A stretch of 63,778 nucleotides of DNA, filler included, from Stramenopiles sp. TOSAG23-3 (lineage: Eukaryota), in NCBI GenBank assembly GCA_900128585.1. It is 6 parts of 6 records of this genome, joined end to end, with 100 filler letters (N's around TTAATTAATTAA, not from the genome) between each part and the next. Parts side by side here need not be neighbours in the genome. Positions count along the whole stretch, not along the records: positions 27,561 to 54,995 come from LT642261.1; 5 more parts are not named here. One strand, written 5' to 3'. The notes beneath the pieces were generated by a model. It had not been told where the DNA came from. It saw only the letters and a program-made list of their open reading frames with translations, and did no database searches. This document shows, one piece after another, positions 38,010-47,662 of this stretch (its first letter is position 1; every line of letters begins with the position of its first letter). The position numbers and the translations under genes were made by a program.

Positions 38010-40535
38010 ATGCAAGGCCCGTTCCGTTCACGTTCGCCGAGGTGGTGCGTCGTGTGCGTCCCACTCCTCCTCGCCGCCTCTTCCCTCCTTCTTGACTTGG
38101 TTCGTGCAGACCATCCGGACTCGGACAACCGGGAATGGGGGGTCCACCCACCGTGCTACAACGGTACGATGAAGCTGGGGGAAATGAAAAACATGTGCCG
38201 GTCGATTCACATGACCACCGATGACAAGGACAACTCCGTGTACGGGTTTGCGACCGCCGGGGAGTGGCACCATTACCACTTCGTCATCAACGACTTTAAA
38301 AAGATCAACCGGCCCTTTGGCTCGAAGGTCCACTTTCAATTGGAGCCGTGCCGGGGGAGCATCTTCCTGTACGTCAAACCCGCCATGCTCTTCGAGGGAA
38401 AGCCCATGATGCAGATGTTCGAGACCGACCCGTTCGGGGCAACGCCAGGGATGCCGTCCCGGTTCTGGCCGTTCCCGGACGAGAACACGGCCACCCACCC
38501 GCAGGGGCCGGACTGGTACCTAATCGAGGATGGCCAAGAGTACCCGGGGCCCCTCTTCAAAGTCTACCCGTGGGGGTTCAAAAGCGAGAACGAGGGCGTC
38601 ATGAACGGGGTCAACACGAAGCTCGTCCACGGGGCGTACTTCATTTCCATCCACGCCCAGGCCGACACGGACTACCGCCTTGGGATCTACACCATGGACA
38701 ACGACGCCGACCCGGACCCGAGCCTCACGCTCGAAGAGCTGGATGCCATCAAAGACGCCGAGGAGAAAGAGCTCGAGGACCGACGGAAGAGTACCGTGCA
38801 GGAGAGCATCGTCACGAGTTACGGGCGGTACAGCAAAATTACGTGGCTCCTTCCCCACAAGAACCTCGTCTTCAGCGGAAACGACGAGTCCAGGCTGTGG
38901 GACCTCTCCCAGTTCGACTCCTACCAGCTCTGGTACGCCATGGACTCCAGGACCCACTACGAGCCCATCCAGCCCCGCCAGGTCGTCCCCCCGGCGCCAC
39001 TCGCGGTCGCGATCGAGAACGACGAGATGGACGCCGTGCAAGGGTACTGCTCGTTCAACAACTCTGGGAACGCGACGTCCTACCATTGCATCATGGAGAC
39101 GGAGTGCGGGATCCGGCTGAACGGCCTCCCGTACACGGAAAAGCTGAACAAGAACTGGGAGGAGAAGGACTACGTGCTGAAGAAGGAAGTCTGCAAGGCC
39201 ACCCGGGCCGGCCCCGCGTGCACCCTGCAGCCGCTGCACAAGGAGTACATGGGGAAGACAGAGTGGGTCCGGTACGAGATTCGACGGAACAAGTACAGCA
39301 AGGGCGGCGACGTCGGGGCCCCCTGCGGCTTCCCCTTCTACTCCCCGGACGGCTTCGAGCACCCCGCCAGCAACTATGGGGAAGAGTACATGTGCAAGCA
39401 AGGCCTCAAGTGCGACATCGGCGAGAAAGGCGGGTACGTCTGCCAGAAGAACTACCTCGAGTTCAAGACCATGTCGGACGAGGAGATCGAAGCCCTGCAG
39501 ATGTACGTCGTCACCCAGGTCCCACACCACTGCTGGGAGACGGGGGAGCAGTTCTGCATGAAGGGCTCGAAGCGGTTCGACGCCCCGACCATTCCCGTTC
39601 GCCGGATCCTGAAGGTGCACTCCCGGGACCTCGCCAAAGGGAAAATTCTCTTTCAAGTGGACGGCGTCAGCAAGCTGTGCAAGACCCTGGAAGAGGCCAT
39701 GGGAGAGGTCTGGAAGCTGGACGGCATATATGGTGAGACCATCCCGGAAGTTTCGCCGAACGACGTCCCAAAGATGAGGAAACGCAGCGACCTTCACATC
39801 GTTACGAGGATCGCCGGCTTCCGAGGCAACACGACCGGTATGGCCGCACTCGAGATGCCATGCGCGCAGCCCTGGACGTGCTCCATGTTCACGTTTCGCT
39901 CGAGAACCCTGGCCATCAACGTCGAGCGGCACAAGTGTTTGGAAGTCAAGGTGAAGAACGGGATTCCCAAGTGCGTCCGGTTCCACATCGTGCCAGAAGT
40001 GTACGTGGCCGCCATGGGGAACACTTCCTTCGACAAGGCAACGTCCGGTGGGAGCGACGAAGAAATGGCGTGGATCGCGATCGCGATCTGCGGGGGGTTC
40101 GGGCTGCTGATCGCCGTCATATGCTTTATGCGCGCCAAAACGGCGATTCGCTTGCACTTGGCGTACAAACATGCCGCCGAAAATCTCGACGGGATGCCGG
40201 ACGCTATTAACCCGGAGAAGGAGAAGATAAAGGAGAAGAAAGACAAAGCGGCGGAAGCGCTCGAGAAGAAGGAGCAAAAGATGTGGGAGAAGCAGAAGAA
40301 GGACCGGATAAAGGAGCGCGCCAGAAAGGCGAGAGAAATGGAGAAGAAACTCAAAAAGATGGAGAAAGAGCAGCGGAAAGAGTTGGCGAAACAAAAGAAG
40401 CAGAGAGATAAGGAGGCCAAGAAAGCGAGTAAAGCGTTGAAGAAACAAACGAAAGATGCAACAAAGCACGCGAAAGACAGGGCGCATCAAAAACAGAAAG
40501 AGATAGAAAATGTTGGGTCCCACTTGGAGAGCTGA
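38010..40535 (+). CDS. Type I membrane protein, Cys-rich ectodomain with NDNF-like N-terminal region, Lys/Glu-rich cytosolic coiled coil
   Basis: Signal peptide, strong GC3 coding bias, TM WIAIAICGGFGLLIAVICFM. HYHFVI..VHFQLEPCRGSIFLYV and GAYFISIHAQADTDYRL resemble the NDNF N-domain. Confidence 0.7.
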   Translation: MQGPFRSRSPRWCVVCVPLLLAASSLLLDLVRADHPDSDNREWGVHPPCYNGTMKLGEMKNMCRSIHMTTDDKDNSVYGFATAGEWHHYHFVINDFKKINRPFGSKVHFQLEPCRGSIFLYVKPAMLFEGKPMMQMFETDPFGATPGMPSRFWPFPDENTATHPQGPDWYLIEDGQEYPGPLFKVYPWGFKSENEGVMNGVNTKLVHGAYFISIHAQADTDYRLGIYTMDNDADPDPSLTLEELDAIKDAEEKELEDRRKSTVQESIVTSYGRYSKITWLLPHKNLVFSGNDESRLWDLSQFDSYQLWYAMDSRTHYEPIQPRQVVPPAPLAVAIENDEMDAVQGYCSFNNSGNATSYHCIMETECGIRLNGLPYTEKLNKNWEEKDYVLKKEVCKATRAGPACTLQPLHKEYMGKTEWVRYEIRRNKYSKGGDVGAPCGFPFYSPDGFEHPASNYGEEYMCKQGLKCDIGEKGGYVCQKNYLEFKTMSDEEIEALQMYVVTQVPHHCWETGEQFCMKGSKRFDAPTIPVRRILKVHSRDLAKGKILFQVDGVSKLCKTLEEAMGEVWKLDGIYGETIPEVSPNDVPKMRKRSDLHIVTRIAGFRGNTTGMAALEMPCAQPWTCSMFTFRSRTLAINVERHKCLEVKVKNGIPKCVRFHIVPEVYVAAMGNTSFDKATSGGSDEEMAWIAIAICGGFGLLIAVICFMRAKTAIRLHLAYKHAAENLDGMPDAINPEKEKIKEKKDKAAEALEKKEQKMWEKQKKDRIKERARKAREMEKKLKKMEKEQRKELAKQKKQRDKEAKKASKALKKQTKDATKHAKDRAHQKQKEIENVGSHLES

Positions 40536-40641
40536 GAGAGGAGGAGGAAGATTTTTGTTGAAATTGAATTATCATCATAGCTCTCTCTAAAAGAAATCAG
40601 ATTTATTTTTAAAATTAAATTAAAATTAATAATATTTAAAA

Positions 40642-40683
40642 ACAAGAAAATTGGCTGTTATTTAAGTAATTAAATTTAGCTTC
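40642..40683. repeat. Dispersed 42-nt motif copy
   Basis: ACAAGAAAATTGGCTGTTATTTAAGTAATTAAATTTAGCTTC; near-identical to 16558-16599. Confidence 0.9.
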
Positions 40684-40942
40684 GTCCAATAATATTTATA
40701 CTTTTATTTAAAAAACCAAAGAGGGTAAAAATCATTAAAAAGAGTGTATCAAAGTAAAAAAATGAGAGTCTTAAGCATACTACATTCATTAAATTTTTTT
40801 TTCAAAGAAGTAAACAAGCACCACAGACACCGTTTTAACTTTCTGGGTTAATAAAAGACCACCGGCTGAAATATCTCTCGATCATTCAGGATATGAAATA
40901 TTAATTTACTTTATTTTCGTGTTAAAAAGGATAAAAATAATC

Positions 40943-42493
40943 TCACCGGCGCGCTACCTTGCAAGAGAACCCTCCTTTCATTGGCGCAACGATCGTTTGG
41001 ACGTACGAGCCATCGTGCTGTGTGACGGGGGTGAACTCGTACCGGGGCAGGAGTATCCCAAGAATCAGCTGCATCTCCAGGTACGCCAGTGGCCTTCCCA
41101 AACATAGCCGAGGACCAGCGTTGAAAATGGCATGTTTGTAATCGGACACCGCGGTCGGTTTGAACAAGCTGGCGGCTTTGCCGGAACCTTCCTTCTTCGC
41201 AACCCATCGCGAGGCGTCGAATTTCAAGGGATCCTTCCAGATGTTTGGGTTTCGGCCCATAATGTACGGGCTGTAAAACACGCACATCCCTTTCTCCACG
41301 ACCGTGCCGTCGGGGAACACATCGTCTTCCACGCAAAACTTTACGTCCTTGGCGACCGACGGGTGCAGCCGCAGCCCCTCGCTAAGGACGGCTTTCAAAT
41401 ACGTAAGCTTCCCGTTTATTTGTTCGAACGCGTCTTTGCTGTCCATCTCCTCCAGCGGTGTGTCTTTCCCGGTCGCCTCGACAATGCTTCGCACCGTCTT
41501 GTCCAACTCGTCCGGGCGCTGCAACAGTTCGAACATGGTCCATGACAGGGCCGCCGCGGTAGTGTCTCTCCCCGCAATGATGAAGTTGAGGACGACGTCC
41601 GTCAGCTCCTTGTTAGTGATTTCTTGGTCTCGTTTTATTGCCCCCTCCAAGAACCGGCTGATCAGATCGGGGCCCAATGCTTTCCCGCCACCATCGGCCG
41701 CGTCCCGCCGCTTGGCGTTGATGACTGACGCGGCAAAGGTCTTTACGACCTTCTTCGATCGTCGAACCTTCCGCTCGTCCTCCGTCAACTGAAACATCTT
41801 CTCAAGCTTCCAGAGCGGACGGGCGAACCGATTTTGACAAATCAACTGGCAGTTGTCGAACGCAACGGTGAAAGGGTGACTCTTTTCTTGCGAGTTGAAC
41901 TCTACCCCGAACGCTATTTTTGCAAACACGTCCATGGTAAACGCATAAAAGCATTGTTGGAGGTCCACGGGCTCCCCGCTCTTGCAGTGCGCGTCCAGCT
42001 TCGTTATCAGCTTCTTCGCCTCGGTCAGCGCAGTGTCCGTGCCGTACTCAAGCAGGCGCTTGGAAAACATCCCCGCCGCGACTTTCCGGTGGAATTTCCA
42101 AAGCTCGTTGTCGCTCGTGAATATCCCATTCCCGAGCAATTCGTTCAACGTGGCCGTCAGCACGTCGGTTTTCTCGTACCGTTTGAACTTGTCCTTCAGC
42201 AAGTGCTGGACGTTTTCTGGGCTGCTGATAACGACTCCTGCGCCGTAGCCGGAGAAACTGCCCAAACGGGGCGCGCTGACTCCCCACGTCTTCCACTTGA
42301 ACAGCTTCGTTTTCTCCAGCAGCCAGTCTTGCAGAATGTCCCAGTTTTTGTCCAGTTCGGTGAAGTTGCCCATGAAGAACTCCGTGGGGGGCTGCGGGGT
42401 CTTTCCTGGAAGCTTTGGGGCAGCAAGGAAGAAGTACATACAGAACAGCAGGAACACCACCCCCCCAGGCACCAAAACCATTAGTGATAGCAT
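40943..42493 (-). CDS. Cytochrome P450 (CYP86/CYP704-like, fatty-acid hydroxylase type)
   Basis: N-terminal TM plus Pro-rich hinge, I-helix NFIIAGRDTT, K-helix EGLR and heme motif FNAGPRLCLG. Likely start MLSLM at 42493. Confidence 0.93.
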   Translation of the reverse strand: MLSLMVLVPGGVVFLLFCMYFFLAAPKLPGKTPQPPTEFFMGNFTELDKNWDILQDWLLEKTKLFKWKTWGVSAPRLGSFSGYGAGVVISSPENVQHLLKDKFKRYEKTDVLTATLNELLGNGIFTSDNELWKFHRKVAAGMFSKRLLEYGTDTALTEAKKLITKLDAHCKSGEPVDLQQCFYAFTMDVFAKIAFGVEFNSQEKSHPFTVAFDNCQLICQNRFARPLWKLEKMFQLTEDERKVRRSKKVVKTFAASVINAKRRDAADGGGKALGPDLISRFLEGAIKRDQEITNKELTDVVLNFIIAGRDTTAAALSWTMFELLQRPDELDKTVRSIVEATGKDTPLEEMDSKDAFEQINGKLTYLKAVLSEGLRLHPSVAKDVKFCVEDDVFPDGTVVEKGMCVFYSPYIMGRNPNIWKDPLKFDASRWVAKKEGSGKAASLFKPTAVSDYKHAIFNAGPRLCLGRPLAYLEMQLILGILLPRYEFTPVTQHDGSYVQTIVAPMKGGFSCKVARR

Positions 42494-42744
42494 GGTGGTG
42501 TGGTCTATAACGGTACAAACGTCGAGAGAGAACAAAATGTATGAAGTAGATGCAAAAAGGATAGGCCACGAACAGAAATATAAAGCAAAGAAATAGGAAA
42601 AATTTACACTCCTAAACATATGCAAGTATCAATCTACCAATCTATCAAATTCTATCTAATCTTTATCTATAATAGCCCCTAACCCTATTAACTAATATTA
42701 TTATCTCACTCCTCTCACACACTCATCATCACATCGCGAAGGAA

Positions 42745-42745
<1 letters not shown>

Positions 42746-42818
<73 letters not shown>

Positions 42819-42820
42819 AG
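42746..42820. repeat. (GAAA)n microsatellite
   Basis: About 18 tandem GAAA units between the divergent P450 and CDC23 genes. Confidence 0.9.
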
Positions 42821-43146
42821 AAGAACATCGTTCTGACAACGCCCTATTTTTAACCCTCATTCAAAAAATAAAATAAATAATAATAAAAAAAATTCAAATT
42901 TCAAAATAATAAATAAAATAATAATAATATTATATTAATGATGTTTCTTCTGCTCCATAATTAAATGTTTTGTCCCGTGTCATGCATCATGTGTGATTGA
43001 TGATAATGATGGAGGAAGAAAGTGGAAAGCAATGTTTTTTCGGTGATTGATTGCGCCTCTGTTTCTGCTATAGTGTTCAAGTAAAAAATAATAATAATTT
43101 GTTTTCGGCTAACTAGGTACCTACCTCCAGTCGAGCAGCAGCACGA

Positions 43147-44964
43147 ATGAATTTGATCGGTGGAACCTCGCCGGCGCGGGGTAGTGAATATACTCCGGTC
43201 ACAGTCATGTCCTTTCAGAAAAATCCATCGGTGTTTCGAGAGCATGTTCATCGCGAACTTCGTCGGGCAACCGTTGAAGCGGGACAAAGGGGGCTGAAGC
43301 AGAGCTGTGCGTGGGCGGCGGACCTGTTGCAAACGGTATCCTCGAACGTCATGGAGACGTCGAACGAGAACGCCCCAGACCCGTCCTCCGCCAACAACCA
43401 GCAGGGCAGCAGGGGTGGGGGCGCGAACGTGCAGCCGACCTTTGCCTCCAGAACCTCGGACGCCTACCTGCTGGCTAAGTCGTACTTTGACATGGCCGAG
43501 TACAAGCGCGCGGCATATGCCCTTCGCGAATGCACCGACTCGAGCGACGACCGGCTGGGGTGTTTCCTTCGCCTCTACTCCCTGTACCTCGCCGGGGAGA
43601 AGAGAAAGGAGGAAGAGCTCATGGAGACCAAGGACGCGCTGCAGCGGTGCCAGGTTGTGAACCGAGAGCTGAACGCCCTTGTGAAAAACCTGGAAGACGC
43701 CTGCGAGGGTCCGGGGGGGGCGGCCAAGGGGGCGACGGACGGGTACTTTCTCCATATTTTTGGGTCGGTCTTGAAGAAGCTCGGGCGAAAGGAAAAGGCC
43801 CGAGACGTCCTCTGCCGCGCCGTTCAGCACGCGCCGTGGAACTGGAGCGCGTGGCTGGACTTGGCCTCGGTCAGCATGGACGCGGAGATCTTCGACGAGC
43901 TGGAAAACTCCCTCCCCGAGCACGTTATGAAACGATTTTTCATGGGACACGTGCTGCGCGAGCTGCAACAGCACTCGGAAGCCCTCGACATTTTCGACAC
44001 CCTGGAGCATATTTTTCCAAACAGCAAGCACGTCCTGGCAGAGAAGGCGCTGACGCTCTACCATATGCGAGACTTTGACGAATCGGAAGAACTCTTCGAA
44101 CAGCTAAACGGCCATGACCCCCACCGCCTTGAGACCATGGACACGTACAGCAACATCCTGTACGTGAAAGAAGACCGAGCTGCCCTGTCCCTTCTTGCGC
44201 ACCGGGCGATGGAGAACAACAAGTATTGCCCAGAGACGTGCTGCATCGTTGGCAATTATTACAGTTTGAAGCACCACCACGAGAAAGCCGTGCTGTACTT
44301 TCGCCGGGCTCTGAAGCTGGACCCGGACTACCTGTCCGCGTGGACCCTCATGGGGCACGAGTACGTAGAAATGAAGAACACCGCGGCAGCCATCGAAGCG
44401 TACCGCAGGGCCGTGGACATCAACCCGCGTGACTACCGAGCGTGGTACGGCCTGGGCCAAACGTACGAAATGTTGGGCATGCAGTACTACGCACTCCACT
44501 ACTACCGTAAGGCCGCCACCTTGCGGCCGTACGACTCGAGGATGTGGACGGCGCTGGGGAATTGCTTTGACCTTCTGGAACGGACAGACTGCGCCATCGA
44601 TTGCTACCAACGTGCCGATCGGCACGGCGACCGAGAGGGGATCGCCGCGCAGAAATTGGGGAGCCTGCACCACAAAAACGGCGACGACGAGGAAGCGGCG
44701 CGTTACTACGAAAAATTTTTGAACACCCAAGGGGACGATGGAAACGGCGTAATGATGGCGAACGCCGGCGGCGGGGGGGGGAACGGCGACGGCCTTGCAG
44801 AGACGCTGTTGTTTCTTGCGCGGTACCATAAAGATCGACAGGCCTACGACGTGGCAGAAAATTATTGCCGTAGACTGTTAGACTTACCAAGCACCTCAGA
44901 GAAAAACGAGGCGAAAGCCATGTTGCGAGAGTTGAAAAGCAGGAGGGGAGCAGGTACCTCGTAG
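43147..44964 (+). CDS. CDC23: Anaphase-promoting complex subunit 8 (TPR)
   Basis: RGLKQSCAWAADLL; YLLAKSYFDMAEYKRAA; ETCCIVGNYYSL...HEKAVLYFRRALKL..YLSAWTLMGHEYVEMKNT.AAIEAYRRAVDINPRDYRAWYGLGQTYE. Confidence 0.96.
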   Translation: MNLIGGTSPARGSEYTPVTVMSFQKNPSVFREHVHRELRRATVEAGQRGLKQSCAWAADLLQTVSSNVMETSNENAPDPSSANNQQGSRGGGANVQPTFASRTSDAYLLAKSYFDMAEYKRAAYALRECTDSSDDRLGCFLRLYSLYLAGEKRKEEELMETKDALQRCQVVNRELNALVKNLEDACEGPGGAAKGATDGYFLHIFGSVLKKLGRKEKARDVLCRAVQHAPWNWSAWLDLASVSMDAEIFDELENSLPEHVMKRFFMGHVLRELQQHSEALDIFDTLEHIFPNSKHVLAEKALTLYHMRDFDESEELFEQLNGHDPHRLETMDTYSNILYVKEDRAALSLLAHRAMENNKYCPETCCIVGNYYSLKHHHEKAVLYFRRALKLDPDYLSAWTLMGHEYVEMKNTAAAIEAYRRAVDINPRDYRAWYGLGQTYEMLGMQYYALHYYRKAATLRPYDSRMWTALGNCFDLLERTDCAIDCYQRADRHGDREGIAAQKLGSLHHKNGDDEEAARYYEKFLNTQGDDGNGVMMANAGGGGGNGDGLAETLLFLARYHKDRQAYDVAENYCRRLLDLPSTSEKNEAKAMLRELKSRRGAGTS

Positions 44965-45154
44965 GCATCTATCAATAAGAGTTATTTTAGTCGTAAGTCG
45001 TAATATCATTCATTAGGTATGATAAAAGTAAGGATTAAAATAAATTTTAAAGAAGGGCATATTGTATCTTCTTTTTTAATATTTGTAATAGTATGAGGGG
45101 TGGTCCTTCAACTTAAATGACCATAGTGGCACCGTGAAGCAATCAATTGTTGCA

Positions 45155-46636
45155 CTACTCCTCTGCGGGCGCATCTTCTGACGCTTTCTCTTCCGCTGGG
45201 GCGGTCTCCTCTGCAGCAGCAGGCGCTTCCCCTTTGTCCTCCTCAGGAGCAGCAGGCGCTTCCCCTTTGTCTTCCTCTGCAGCAGCAGGCGCTTCCTCTT
45301 TGGCATCGTCCTTATTCTCGGTTTGTTCTGCGGCACTGTCGCTTGCCTCTGCATCTTTGGACTCTGCGTCTTTTCCGTCTGCCTTCTTTGGGATCAGGTT
45401 TGCGGGATTAACAGCGTTCCCGACTGCCCCGAGTCCACTGCCCACTGCGCCGAGTCCACTGCCGATCCCACTTCCAACCGCGTTCAGGCCACTCCCCAAG
45501 GCATTTATCCCAGAGCCAAGGCCTGACCCGATTGCGCCCAGGTCCATCTCAATCTTTGGCATAAAGTCCATGAAACCCTTGGATGCATCGTGGTAGGCTT
45601 TGGACAGCAAGACGTACATTTCGTCCTTGCACAATTGCCCGTTGCCATCTGTATCGATCCACTCCAAGCATTTTGTGACGTTCTCGGTCGTTATGGAGTG
45701 GATGCGGTGGGATTTATCGTCTTTGAAATCCTCCTGCAGCTTCTTGAACAGATCAATCATTTTGTCTTTTGACACCTGCCCGTCACCGTCGGCAAAGGAA
45801 TCGAATGCTTTGTTGACTTCTACGCATTTGCTGGCAAACTCCTTTCTTCCATCGTTGCACATGCGTTTGTACGCTTCGTACTCGTTCCCGTCTTTTGCTA
45901 AGGCTAGGATAAAGTGGTGGTAGTCTAGACTGTCCTTAACAACAATTGGCTTGCTGCCGAGTGAACCGCGCAACGCTTTCCCGTCTTCGGAGCTTAGCCA
46001 ATCGACCAGGGTGTCAACGTAGCTAGCGTTGGACGAAATTTCACGGGCGTGCTCCTTCTCCCAAGCTGCCATCGCCGCCTCTTCGTCTTTCTCAGCCTTC
46101 TCCAGGGCCACCTTCAGCTCTTGCTCTTTCTTTAAAAGCGCTGTTTTCTTGTCGGCGTCTTCCTCTTTTCCGGACGCCTCCTTGGCCTCGGTGTACGCCG
46201 TTGCCGCTGCCAGGACGGCGTCGTGGGCGTTCGCCTTGTTCTTGTTGCACTGCTTGTTGCTTTCCACCCGTTCCGTCGTGATGGATTGGAGAAGTTCTTT
46301 CAGGGCGTCTTTTGAGATCCACGCGTTCAGCTTGAACTGTTCGCGCTTGTCCTTGTTCCCCTTCAACGAATCGATGGCGGTCCCTTTGATGCCATCTAGG
46401 CGTTCCAATTCTTTCTTCTCGTCGTCCGTCAAGGCGTCGGCTTCCTTTGCCTTGAGCGTTTCTAACGTTTTCGCATCGGCTTCGCTCAGCGCTAGCTCTG
46501 CGACTTTAGTCAAGAACCGGTTCCATTCCTTGCAATCGGAATCAAAGTATTTCGTGATGTACGCTTCCAGATCCGATGCGGTCTGCATGTTGGACGATTG
46601 GCTCTCGTCACGCTCGCCTCCACAAATGTTTCCCAT
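45155..46636 (-). CDS. Putatively N-acylated EF-hand protein with Gly-rich and Ala/Glu-rich repeats
   Basis: MGNICG myristoylation/palmitoylation-type N-terminus. EF loops ADGDGQVSKDK and DTDGNGQLCKDE. GSG(L/I)xA(V/L) heptads and EEDKGEAPAAA repeats. Confidence 0.75.
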   Translation of the reverse strand: MGNICGGERDESQSSNMQTASDLEAYITKYFDSDCKEWNRFLTKVAELALSEADAKTLETLKAKEADALTDDEKKELERLDGIKGTAIDSLKGNKDKREQFKLNAWISKDALKELLQSITTERVESNKQCNKNKANAHDAVLAAATAYTEAKEASGKEEDADKKTALLKKEQELKVALEKAEKDEEAAMAAWEKEHAREISSNASYVDTLVDWLSSEDGKALRGSLGSKPIVVKDSLDYHHFILALAKDGNEYEAYKRMCNDGRKEFASKCVEVNKAFDSFADGDGQVSKDKMIDLFKKLQEDFKDDKSHRIHSITTENVTKCLEWIDTDGNGQLCKDEMYVLLSKAYHDASKGFMDFMPKIEMDLGAIGSGLGSGINALGSGLNAVGSGIGSGLGAVGSGLGAVGNAVNPANLIPKKADGKDAESKDAEASDSAAEQTENKDDAKEEAPAAAEEDKGEAPAAPEEDKGEAPAAAEETAPAEEKASEDAPAEE

Positions 46637-47219
46637 GGTTGTAACGAATGTCTTTGTTTATGGAATAATTGCCTCTACGTTTGTACGTGTATGTATATAT
46701 AAATGAACTTTTAGCATATACAGGGAATGAATGCTAAGACGAACCATATTTTTGTCAATCATCAATTCATTCATGCAGCGATCCCTTCATTCATCTCTGG
46801 AAGACACACTCACACACACACTCAGCTCTTTTCTACTGAAACGAAATGAGCATAAAAAGAACTTGTTTTTTTTACTGTATACTATTCCTATATTAAAATG
46901 ATGAATTACATTATCCAACGGACCTCCACACAAATAAAAAATCCAAAATAAAAATATCTTCTTTCTTCCTCTTTTATATTATGTACAATACTGATTATTG
47001 TACAAATATATTAAATATATAATAATACAATTAATGATTAGAAAAGGAACAAACATCCTATGCATAAAATATGTAACAAAAGTTTTGTTATAATAAAGTT
47101 CCAAATAGAAGAAAACATTCATTGGTTTCTTCGTTTCTTCGTTTCTTTTTAATTATAATATTGAAATAGCATGAACACCTTAACTCCTCCTTTTTTTTAA
47201 ATTCCTTTTTGGATACAGT

Positions 47220-47400
47220 TCCTTTCTCTTCTTCTTTCTTTCTCTTCTTCTTTCTCTTCTTCTTCTTTCTCTTCTTCTTTCTCTTCTTCTTCTTTCTCTT
47301 CTTCTTTCTCTTCTTCCTTCCTTCCTTCTTCTTTTTTCTCTTCTTCTTTCCTTCCTTCTTCCTTCCTTTCTTCCTTTCCTCCTTTCTTTCTTTGTTTTCT
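47220..47400. repeat. (TTC)n/pyrimidine low-complexity tract
   Basis: CTTCTTTCTCTT-type tandem units. Confidence 0.85.
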
Positions 47401-47662
47401 TATGCTTTGAGCTCTTCGCTCTTCTTACACATTATACTGTGTACACTGCTGTGTATACCTTATAATCCGTATATATATTATACTACTAATATATATAGGT
47501 ACGTACCATAAATACTATACACAGTGCTATATAGGTATTATATATTACATGTTTTTTTTAAATTTATTTTTAAATAATAATTATTCAAAATTCAAAATTC
47601 AAAATTATTATTTTATTATTAATTATTATATAAAAAAGATGCTTAAAATGACACGTTGTTTT

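Noticed and set aside
38520-40523. Long antisense and alternative-frame ORFs (also 24072-25235, 38348-39736, 42961-44064, 50939-52024, 52883-54287)
   Set aside because: Shadows of high-GC3 real genes, with no protein-like motifs.
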